This document shows, one piece after another, positions 50,035 through 57,943 of a stretch of DNA of 64,000 nucleotides. Source of the DNA: Patescibacteria group bacterium. GTDB taxonomy: Bacteria; Patescibacteriota; Patescibacteriia; UBA1558; UBA10009. Location of the stretch: NCBI GenBank assembly GCA_041662565.1, contig JBAZSE010000005.1, positions 402 through 64,401 on the forward strand. The letters are read 5' to 3'. Numbering within the stretch: the stretch's first letter is position 1; each line of letters opens with the position of its first letter. The notes beneath the pieces are model-generated. The model did no database searches and was not told the origin of the DNA. It saw only the letters and a program-made list of their open reading frames with translations. Made by a program: the position numbers and the translations under genes.

Positions 50035-53000
50035 ATGAATAATATTTTGGAAGCAAATCAGGGGCAAACAAACTGCCAACAGCAATTGTTTTATTGGCTT
50101 AATTTATCAATTAGGGCTTCTATTTTTTTAGCCGCATTTTTTGTTTTGGGTTTTTTTCTTGTTCCCTGTAAAACTTTTGCCACTACATATTATGTTGACG
50201 CAGTCGATGGAGCAAATGCAAATAACGGAACTTCGGAAGGCACTGCTTGGAAAGATATAGGCAACGCTAGTGGCGTAAATGCTCGAATGTCTGGAGGAAC
50301 TATCCAAGCAGGTGATACCATTCTTTTTAAGCGCGGACAAACCTTTACTAATGGCGCCTCCGGTTTGGTTATTACTGTTAATGGCACGGCCGGCAATATT
50401 ATAACTTTTGACGCTTACGGTACAGGTGCTAATCCAATTATTAACGGCGGAACTAGGTCTATAGATTCACGTAATAGAAGTTACCTTACTTTTAACAATC
50501 TTACGCTTACTAATGCCACCCAATATGGACTTTTATTTGGTGTTACTGCACAAAACTATGTAACTTTTAATAATATTTCGGTATCAGCCACTCCTAAAGC
50601 TATGAGCTGGGGTGGCGTAACCTATACAAATATTACTATTAGCAATTCTTCTTTTGACGCCACTACCACGCTTTGGGAGCAGGCTGCAGCATCTGTATTT
50701 GTCAATTTAACGATTACCAATAGCACTTTTGCCAAAAACGTGTTTATGAATACTGCTGTTGCTAATCCTAATACCAATATTGATATTGATGGTTGCACTT
50801 TTACTTCTGGTATTTATATATATGCTACTAATGATTTAACAATTACCGATACAACTGCCAGTGGTTCCGGTATTGATCTTCGCGGCGTTACGGATGTAAC
50901 AATGGATAATATAACGGTTACCAATACCACCACGGCTAGCGGCATGGCCATTAGCAATAGCGGAGCCATGAGCTCCAGCGATATTACTTTGAGTAATTCG
51001 CATTTAGACAATAACAGCACAGGAGGAATCAACGGTAATGGATTAACCTTAACCGGAGATGGTAGTAATTTTACTGCCACAAATGTAACCGCTTCCAATA
51101 ACGGTGGCGATGGATTTAATGTTCACAATACTTGGAGCAATGTTGTTTTTGATAAATGCTTGGCCGAAAATAACGGCACCACGGCAGAAACAACCGATGG
51201 CGATGGTTTTACTTTTCACGAAACCTCTTCAGGAACAATTAAAAATAGTGTGGCTAAAAATAACAAAAAATTCGGCATTGGCCATGTAAGTAGTTCCGTA
51301 GTGGATATGTACAATAACATTATATATAGCACTTTGGATAATGCCAGACAATTGGTTTACCTGTACGATACCGGAACATATACATTTCAAAATAATACCG
51401 TTTATAGCGGAACGCAGGGCAGGGATACAGTTTTATTGGGCGGAACTGTAACCATGAAAAACAATATCATTTATGGCGGCGATAGCGGTTTAACCACCAG
51501 CGGTGGCACAGCCACCATGGATTATAATTTGGTTTATGGAGCTAATACGGGTTACGATGGCGTTTCAGCCGGTGCTCATGATTTATCCAGTAATCCGTTA
51601 TTTTTAAACAGCACTGGTAGCTATTCCACCACTACCGATTTTTTACTGGCCGCTACTTCTCCGGCTATTGATGCCGGTACAACCTTAAGCGCCACCTATG
51701 ATGATGCTAATCTCTATGGTTCTTCTTGGCCCAGCGTGGTTACCACCGCAGATCAGGATCTAAGCGGTTATGGCTGGGAAATGGGAGCTTTTATTTATCC
51801 CTACCCTCAAAAGCCAACAATTGGCACTCCTTCGGCAATATCTGCCACCTCTATCCGCTGGAATTTTACCGATGCTGCCAATGATGAAACAGGTTTTAGG
51901 ATTTACAATAATTCCTATGCTTTGGCGGTTTCTTCGGCTACTGCGGGCCTAACCTATCTTGACGAAACCGGCTTATCGGAAAATACCCAATATACAGGCA
52001 GATTTGCCACGGCTTACAATAGCTATGGCAATTCGGCTTCATCTTCTATTGCTACATCCAAGTATACCCTGGCTAATGCACCCTCTGATTTAGCCGCTAC
52101 TTGGGATAGTGACGGCAATATTATCTTAACCGTTGATTCTTTTCCCAATGATACCCTGGGTACCTCCGGCTACTATTTTGAAAATACCACCCGTGGCAGT
52201 AATTCTGGTTGGCTGCAAACAAATACCTGGCAGGATAATAATCTGGCTTGTGGCACCAATAATTACACTGTTAAATACAGAAACGGCAACAGTGTAGAAA
52301 CAACCACCGCTACTGCTTCTCAAACCAGAAGTTGCGGTGGAGGATTTGGTTCTATTGGTTCCTCATCTGGTTCCTCATCACCCAGTGACCCCCCTCAAAC
52401 AAATATTCCAGCTACAATTCCTACAGACACAGTTGTACCTACACCTAATGCGGAAGTAACCCCAAATCCCAATCTGCCTGAATCTAGTATAATCATGCAA
52501 ACAACAGTGGAATTTTTGGCTGATTCTTTTAATGAAGTTAGGAACATTGCTCAAGAACAGGAAGCTTTTCAAAATATTGCCAAGCGTTTGCCGGAAGCAA
52601 ATTTATTTACCCCAATCCAGCAACAAGCCCTCTCCAATTTTATCGTTTACGGCACTCTGGAAACTAAAAAACTGGGCTCAGGAGAGCGAGCCGGCAGTAT
52701 TTACTCCTTTCAATCGGCTTTTAACAAACTGCCTCAAACCGAACAAGATTGGAGTGATGTGCTTAAAATATCTTTGGGTAGATGGCCATCGCAAACTTCA
52801 TCAACCAAAGAAAACGCGGTTAAAATAGATTTTAAAACCATTTATCAACGAGAACCTCAAGATAGTAATTCTCAGGATCAAGTTGCTATTGATATTATGG
52901 CTTATGGTATTAGGCCACTAATTCGCAATCTTAACTCTGAAAAAATCGCATTTAAATACTTTAAAGCTATCTACGGCAAAATTCCTCAAAGTACCCTTGA

Positions 53001-53046
53001 TTGGGATATTATCCGGGCCATTGCTTACAGCGGTGCTAAAAGATAA
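50035..53046 (+). CDS. Large surface protein: parallel beta-helix, FN3-like domains, S/P/T linker, helical C-terminal domain
   Basis: Signal/TM, TTYYVD...G.S...AW, AGDTILFKRG, N/T/G-rich repeats, SPAIDAG, W.FTD...ETGF. Confidence 0.8.
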   Translation: MNNILEANQGQTNCQQQLFYWLNLSIRASIFLAAFFVLGFFLVPCKTFATTYYVDAVDGANANNGTSEGTAWKDIGNASGVNARMSGGTIQAGDTILFKRGQTFTNGASGLVITVNGTAGNIITFDAYGTGANPIINGGTRSIDSRNRSYLTFNNLTLTNATQYGLLFGVTAQNYVTFNNISVSATPKAMSWGGVTYTNITISNSSFDATTTLWEQAAASVFVNLTITNSTFAKNVFMNTAVANPNTNIDIDGCTFTSGIYIYATNDLTITDTTASGSGIDLRGVTDVTMDNITVTNTTTASGMAISNSGAMSSSDITLSNSHLDNNSTGGINGNGLTLTGDGSNFTATNVTASNNGGDGFNVHNTWSNVVFDKCLAENNGTTAETTDGDGFTFHETSSGTIKNSVAKNNKKFGIGHVSSSVVDMYNNIIYSTLDNARQLVYLYDTGTYTFQNNTVYSGTQGRDTVLLGGTVTMKNNIIYGGDSGLTTSGGTATMDYNLVYGANTGYDGVSAGAHDLSSNPLFLNSTGSYSTTTDFLLAATSPAIDAGTTLSATYDDANLYGSSWPSVVTTADQDLSGYGWEMGAFIYPYPQKPTIGTPSAISATSIRWNFTDAANDETGFRIYNNSYALAVSSATAGLTYLDETGLSENTQYTGRFATAYNSYGNSASSSIATSKYTLANAPSDLAATWDSDGNIILTVDSFPNDTLGTSGYYFENTTRGSNSGWLQTNTWQDNNLACGTNNYTVKYRNGNSVETTTATASQTRSCGGGFGSIGSSSGSSSPSDPPQTNIPATIPTDTVVPTPNAEVTPNPNLPESSIIMQTTVEFLADSFNEVRNIAQEQEAFQNIAKRLPEANLFTPIQQQALSNFIVYGTLETKKLGSGERAGSIYSFQSAFNKLPQTEQDWSDVLKISLGRWPSQTSSTKENAVKIDFKTIYQREPQDSNSQDQVAIDIMAYGIRPLIRNLNSEKIAFKYFKAIYGKIPQSTLDWDIIRAIAYSGAKR

Positions 53047-53103
53047 AAGGCATGTTTTTCAAAATCAAATAGTGATTAAATGGCCTAAAATTATTTTATA
53101 ACT

Positions 53104-53139
53104 AAAAAACAGCATTTATCATTTAAGTGCTGTTTTTTT
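53104..53139. terminator. Bidirectional terminator
   Basis: AAAAAACAGCA...TGCTGTTTTTTT. Confidence 0.75.
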
Positions 53140-53204
53140 GGTGTCCCCGGCAAGACCCCGAAGAAATTTCGCTAACGCTCAATTTTTCAGGGCAGGGTTT
53201 AAAC
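53139..53204 (-). pseudogene. Possible decayed tRNA 3' fragment interrupted by a hairpin
   Basis: Minus strand ends TCTTGCCGGGGACACCA; degenerate T-loop GTTTAAACCCTGC beyond a ~40-nt hairpin. Confidence 0.4.
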
Positions 53205-53222
53205 TTTTCAAATTATATAAGA

Positions 53223-53299
53223 TGGTACGCCCAAGAGGATTTGAACCTCTAACCTTCAGCACCGGATTCTGACGCCCTATCCAGTTGAGCTATGGGCGC
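53223..53299 (-). tRNA. tRNA-Arg(CCG)
   Basis: GCGCCCA-TA-GCTC-AACTGGATA-GGGC-G-TCAGA-ATCCGGT-GCTGA-AGGTT-AGAGG-TTCAAAT-CCTCT-TGGGCGT-ACCA, 77 nt. Confidence 0.93.
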
Positions 53300-54176
53300 G
53301 TATTAGTTTTTTTGCCTGATTTTTGTTCTTCAGCCAAATTATCTTTTTATCTTTCTTAAACCAAGTCATCTGTCGTTTGGCAAATTGGCTAAGGGCAATA
53401 AGCAGTTTATTAAACATTTCATCATAAGTCAACTTGTTTTGCAAATATTGGGCCACAAAGCGGTATTCTAAACCAAAGGACTCCAATTTTTTCCACAATA
53501 ATCCGTTTTGGCGAAGTTTTTTAACCTCTTTAACCAGTCCATCCGTTAATTCCTTTTTTAACCTTAATTTTATTCTTTTAATTAATTTTTCCTTAGGCAA
53601 GGTTAACCCTAAAATTAAGCAATCATATTTTGGGGCATTAACTTTTAATTTTTGACTTTTAACTTTTAAGTTTATGCTTATTTCAATTTTTCTAACCAAC
53701 CTGACTTTATTCTGCCAATCCGATTGATTTAGAGTGATCTTATATTTTTTTGCCAATGTTTGCAGTTGAGCCAACGATTTTTTATTTAACTTTTTTCGTA
53801 ATTTAATATTTGGTTTACTTTGGGGCAAATTGTAACCATCAACAATTGCTTGAATATATAAGCCGGTGCCGCCAACCAAAAAGGGGAGCTTGCCTTTGCG
53901 CAAAACATCATCAATCGCCTTATAAGCTAATTTTTGATAGTTGGCCAAAGTAAATTGTTTTTTTGGACTAATAACATCAATTAGATGATAGGAAATTGGT
54001 TTTTTGGTTTTGTACTCTTGTAAATCCTTACCAGTTCCAATATCCATGCCTTGATAAACCTGGCGCGAATCAGCCGAAACAATTTCGCCATTAAAAGCCC
54101 TTGCCATTTTTACTGCCAGTTTGGTTTTGCCGGTTGCCGTTGGCCCTAGTATTACAATTAGTTTATTATTTGGCAT
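53277..54176 (-). CDS. miaA: tRNA dimethylallyltransferase
   Basis: GPTATGKT, SADSRQVY.GMDIGT, VGGTGLY, AKRQMTWF; 3' end overlaps tRNA. Confidence 0.96.
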   Translation of the reverse strand: MPNNKLIVILGPTATGKTKLAVKMARAFNGEIVSADSRQVYQGMDIGTGKDLQEYKTKKPISYHLIDVISPKKQFTLANYQKLAYKAIDDVLRKGKLPFLVGGTGLYIQAIVDGYNLPQSKPNIKLRKKLNKKSLAQLQTLAKKYKITLNQSDWQNKVRLVRKIEISINLKVKSQKLKVNAPKYDCLILGLTLPKEKLIKRIKLRLKKELTDGLVKEVKKLRQNGLLWKKLESFGLEYRFVAQYLQNKLTYDEMFNKLLIALSQFAKRQMTWFKKDKKIIWLKNKNQAKKLIRAHSSTG

Positions 54177-54184
54177 TTTTAATC

Positions 54185-54298
54185 CGCTCGGGTGCAAAAA
54201 AAATTTTCCTCGGACCCTCGACTCGTCGTCGGGGTACCCCCTCGGTAAAATTTTTTTTCACCCTCGCGTATTTAATAAAATTTTTTTACCCGCGTTCG
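54185..54298 (-). repeat. Shortened fold-back element, copy F, with partly duplicated arm
   Basis: GGGTG.AAAAAAAATTTT.C / GTAAAATTTTTTTTCACCC arms, CTCG-rich interior. Confidence 0.75.
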
Positions 54299-54309
54299 TT
54301 AAATATAAA

Positions 54310-54450
54310 CTAAAATTTTATCGTTTTCTTTCTTTTAGCGTAACCCTTGCTGGTTTGCGCTTTGGCAATTTGCCCGGCCAGCGTTGCTCCTTTGGGAGCG
54401 CTTTTGGCTTTATCCAATATTTTTTGCCTTTTTTCCGCTTTGGTCAACAT
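54310..54450 (-). CDS. Putative 46-aa basic small protein
   Basis: MLTKAEKRQKILDKAKSAPKGATLAGQIAKAQTSKGYAKRKKTIKF; starts 12 nt after thrS stop, host-like codon usage. Confidence 0.65.
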   Translation of the reverse strand: MLTKAEKRQKILDKAKSAPKGATLAGQIAKAQTSKGYAKRKKTIKF

Positions 54451-54462
54451 ATTTTTAATATA

Positions 54463-56217
54463 TTATTTCAATTCAGCGGATCGTTTGGCTATCAGTTGTT
54501 GAATTTGGGTGATAAATTCCTTTGAATCAACTTCCCATAATTCTTCAAAACCCCTAACCCTGACGCTCAAATTTTTTGAATTCATTTCTTTATCGCCGAT
54601 AACCAAAGTGTAGGGGATTTTTTCGGCGCTCGATTTGCGGATCTTTTTGCCTACAGTTTCGCTGGTTAAATCCAATTCCACGCGAATATTTTGGGCTTTA
54701 AATTGAGCGGCCAAATTTTGGCAAAACTTTTCGTGCGCTTCGCCAACATTAAGAATTTTAATTTGCACAGGCGAGAGCCACAAGGGGAATGCTCCGGTGT
54801 AGTGTTCAATCAGCACGCCTAAAAATCTTTCCAATGAGCCCAAAATTGCCACATGCAATACGGCCGGACGGTGTTTTTGCCCATCTTCGGCGATGTAATG
54901 CAAATCAAAATTTTCCGGCTGATTAAAGTCCAATTGAACGGTGGTTAACTGCCAACTTCGCCCAATTGCATCTTTAACCATGATATCAATTTTGGGGCCA
55001 TAAAAAGCCGCCTCGCCCTTTTCTACTATATACGGTTTGCCCCAATCCTTAGCCGCCTGAATCAAAATGTTTTCCGATTTTTCCCATAACTCATCCGAAC
55101 CAAAGTATTTACTTTTGTTTTCTTGATCGCGAACAGAAATTTGAACCAAAAAATTGGTAAAGCCAAAGGCTTTGTAAACAGTATCCATTAAACCTAAAAT
55201 CATGGTAATTTCGGAATTGATTTGATCGTGCCGTACAAAATGATGGGTATCATCTTGTGTTAGGGCTTTAACCCGAAGTAGGCCCGAAAGTTCGCCGGAT
55301 TTTTCATTGCGGTAAACGGTAGTATTTTCGGCATAACGGATTGGTAAATCTCGGTAACTATGAGGAGTGGCATTAAATAGTTCAAAATGATGCGGGCAGT
55401 TCATGGCTTTAAGGGCAAATTCATCGCCCTCGGCATCTTTCATTAGTGGCATCATGGCATCATATTTGCCTAAGTGACCGCTTTTTTTGTAAAGTTCAGC
55501 TTTGGCAATATGGGGAATGCTAACAAAATTGTAACCACGGTTGATTTTTTCGGCTCTCACAAATTCAGCTAATTCTCTTAGCAGAAGAGCTCCTTTGGGT
55601 AAAAACATGGGCAAGCCAGGCCCAACTAGTGGGCTAAATGCAAATAACTCTAAAGCCGGCCCTAATTTTTTGTGGTCGCGTTTTTCCGCTTCAGAAAGCA
55701 TTTTTAAATAGTCGGCCAATTCATCTTTTGATTCAAATGCCAAACCGTAAATGCGGGTCAGCATTTTATTTTTTTCATCGCCTCGCCAGTAAGCGCCGGC
55801 TAATTTATGCAAACAAAAACTTTCTGGATCGATTTTGTTAAAATTTTCCGTGTGTCCGCCGCGGCACAAATCCCTAAAATCACCGGATTGGTAAACGGTT
55901 AATGTTTGCCCCTCACCGGAAAATTCTTCAATCAGTTCCAACTTGTAAGGATTATCGGAAAATTCTTTTTTAACTTCGCTTGCCGAAAGTTCGTGTCGGT
56001 CAAAGCTTTTCCAGGTGGTTAGCAGTTTTTTCATCCGCTTTTCTATTTTTGGCAGATCCGCTTCGGTAATGGGCGAAGCAAATTCAAAATCATAATAAAA
56101 GCCGTTATCAATGGCCGGGCCAATAGTTCTTTTGGCATCGGGCCAAATGCTTAAAACGGCCGCCGCCAGTAAGTGGGCGAGCGAATGGCGTTGTTGGGAT
56201 AATTGTTCTTGGGTCAT
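54463..56217 (-). CDS. thrS: Threonine--tRNA ligase
   Basis: RHSLAHLL, DLCRGGH, GAYWRG, MNCPHH, GEAAFYGPKID, GSLERF. Confidence 0.98.
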   Translation of the reverse strand: MTQEQLSQQRHSLAHLLAAAVLSIWPDAKRTIGPAIDNGFYYDFEFASPITEADLPKIEKRMKKLLTTWKSFDRHELSASEVKKEFSDNPYKLELIEEFSGEGQTLTVYQSGDFRDLCRGGHTENFNKIDPESFCLHKLAGAYWRGDEKNKMLTRIYGLAFESKDELADYLKMLSEAEKRDHKKLGPALELFAFSPLVGPGLPMFLPKGALLLRELAEFVRAEKINRGYNFVSIPHIAKAELYKKSGHLGKYDAMMPLMKDAEGDEFALKAMNCPHHFELFNATPHSYRDLPIRYAENTTVYRNEKSGELSGLLRVKALTQDDTHHFVRHDQINSEITMILGLMDTVYKAFGFTNFLVQISVRDQENKSKYFGSDELWEKSENILIQAAKDWGKPYIVEKGEAAFYGPKIDIMVKDAIGRSWQLTTVQLDFNQPENFDLHYIAEDGQKHRPAVLHVAILGSLERFLGVLIEHYTGAFPLWLSPVQIKILNVGEAHEKFCQNLAAQFKAQNIRVELDLTSETVGKKIRKSSAEKIPYTLVIGDKEMNSKNLSVRVRGFEELWEVDSKEFITQIQQLIAKRSAELK

Positions 56218-56246
56218 AGGTTTTTTGTTAGGTTAAGGTTATAAAT

Positions 56247-56440
56247 TAAAAAAATTCCTTCGTCCAATAAATCTACTAAAAAATAAGTAAATTCAGGACG
56301 AAGGAATTTATTCCCCCGCGGTTCCACCTGTTTTATCCCGCTAAGCAGGATCTCTCAGAGATTGTCTTTAAACTTAGCCCCGCTTAGCGGGGTTTCCATT
56401 TTTATGGACGCAGGGTTGGTAGCCCTGCCAATCGTTTAGT
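56247..56440 (-). promoter_or_regulatory. T-box riboswitch (Thr) with ultrashort Stem I
   Basis: AACAGGTGGAACCGCG T-box (56332-56317), antiterminator partner CGTCC, terminator AATTCCTTCGTCC/GGACGAAGGAATT-TTTTT, specifier hairpin GCAGGG-CTACCAA-CCCTGC. Confidence 0.88.
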
Positions 56441-56446
56441 ATGCTA

Positions 56447-56475
56447 AATATATTATATTTTTGGTTCAGTGTCAA
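56447..56475 (-). promoter_or_regulatory. sigma70 promoter of T-box/thrS
   Basis: TTGACA-N17-TATATT. Confidence 0.7.
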
Positions 56476-56728
56476 GATGATTTACTATATCAAGATTGTC
56501 AATTTTAATTCCCATGTGCAGTAATTCATCTCTTTTTTCTTCCAATCTTTTTAAATCCCCGCTGATGTAATCAAGAATTTCCCCAGTCAGAGTTTTGGTA
56601 AACATGCCGATTATTTGATTTTTTTTATTATATTCAATTTCAACAATTAGAGGAACGCCATTTATTTCAACTTCATTTTTAGTAATTAACTTGCCATCCG
56701 GTTCAAATTTTATTTTTTCATGCAACAT
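56453..56728 (-). CDS. Hypothetical protein (91 aa)
   Basis: ORF directly coupled to upstream gene. Confidence 0.6.
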   Translation of the reverse strand: MLHEKIKFEPDGKLITKNEVEINGVPLIVEIEYNKKNQIIGMFTKTLTGEILDYISGDLKRLEEKRDELLHMGIKIDNLDIVNHLDTEPKI

Positions 56729-56730
56729 AA

Positions 56731-57900
56731 TTATTGTTTTATTTGAATACTGATTTTATCAGCCAAAGCCGGCAGATATTTGGTCCAAAAGGGGAGCATA
56801 ATGGAAACCTCTTTAACATCGCTTAAATTGCGTAATTTTTTTAAGGCCTCGGCTTTGGACATTTTAACCAGTTCGTCCGGATTGATTTTGATATTGGCGA
56901 TTTTAATATTGTAAGCGCCTTTGATTTGGGCGATTAAGTGTTCGGAATTATCATCCAAAGGAGTGATTTCGTATTTAAAGCTATTTGGGTTGATTGTTAA
57001 ATAAGCGCCTTCTTCTTTATAACTGGCCGGTAGAGTGCCGGCGGCAATGGTTTTAAATTTTTGCTCATCAAAAATTAGGGCCTTAACCCCCAAGCCCAGC
57101 GTGATGGTAAATTCTTTTTGTTGGCTGCCTATTTTGGCGTTGGTGGAGTATTTAATCGTTTCGGTAATGGCGGAATTTGGCGATAAAGTTTGCCCCTCTG
57201 GCAGATCTTTTTGGATTTGTTCCAGACCCTTGGCGATTAAAGAGTTTTTAAGATCATCCTTGGCTTGATCAATAGCGCTTTGGGTGATTTCGTATTTGGT
57301 TAACTGTTGGATTAAAAAGCCTTTAGTGTTTTCGGCGTAAATTTTATCCCGCAGGCCATCCCACAGGCCGGGGATAGTAAGTTTAGTGGCAGGTAATTCA
57401 AACTCTTTACCTGGTTGATCGGCCACGGCAGACGCGGTTATTTTACCGCCGGCCGGCACCACCACCGTTTCAGTTAGACGGTACAGCTTATTATCCGGTG
57501 AAAGCAAGCGGGTAGTGGCAATTAAAGTTTGGTTTTTGGAATAATTATTTATTAAAGTAACTTCGCCTCCGGCTTTATCGGTGGCGATTGTTGAAATTTG
57601 CGCCGGATAGGTTTTGCTTTCTTCAACCACCGTATTTTTTAATGAGCCGAAAAGTTTTTCCGCGCTGCCTGCCAGCAATTTTTGATCCGCCAAGGGATTA
57701 TTTTCCGTAACTTGCACGGCAAAACCAACTTCTTGGGTTTTGTAATTTGGAGTTATGTAAATAGTGGCCTGGGAAAGGGCAAAGTAAAGAATAGCCACCA
57801 CCAAAACAATGGCCACTAATGAAAAAATTATGGTAAAAAAGCGGTAGCTGGGAGTAATGGTATTAAGCGGGCTTTTGCGGATTGGTTCTAACTTATCCAT
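56731..57900 (-). CDS. Membrane-anchored hypothetical protein with baseplate J-like domain
   Basis: N-terminal TM; KAGGEVTLIN, TRL, VVVPA, A.ADQPG, TIPGL motifs. Confidence 0.7.
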   Translation of the reverse strand: MDKLEPIRKSPLNTITPSYRFFTIIFSLVAIVLVVAILYFALSQATIYITPNYKTQEVGFAVQVTENNPLADQKLLAGSAEKLFGSLKNTVVEESKTYPAQISTIATDKAGGEVTLINNYSKNQTLIATTRLLSPDNKLYRLTETVVVPAGGKITASAVADQPGKEFELPATKLTIPGLWDGLRDKIYAENTKGFLIQQLTKYEITQSAIDQAKDDLKNSLIAKGLEQIQKDLPEGQTLSPNSAITETIKYSTNAKIGSQQKEFTITLGLGVKALIFDEQKFKTIAAGTLPASYKEEGAYLTINPNSFKYEITPLDDNSEHLIAQIKGAYNIKIANIKINPDELVKMSKAEALKKLRNLSDVKEVSIMLPFWTKYLPALADKISIQIKQ

Positions 57901-57943
57901 ATAAGAATATTATAATAGGAAAATCAAAGCTTGTCTAGTTTGT

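Noticed and set aside
56731-57900. Prophage or contractile injection system suggested by baseplate J-like domain
   Set aside because: Isolated, TM-anchored, flanked by dnaE and thrS; no other phage or tail genes
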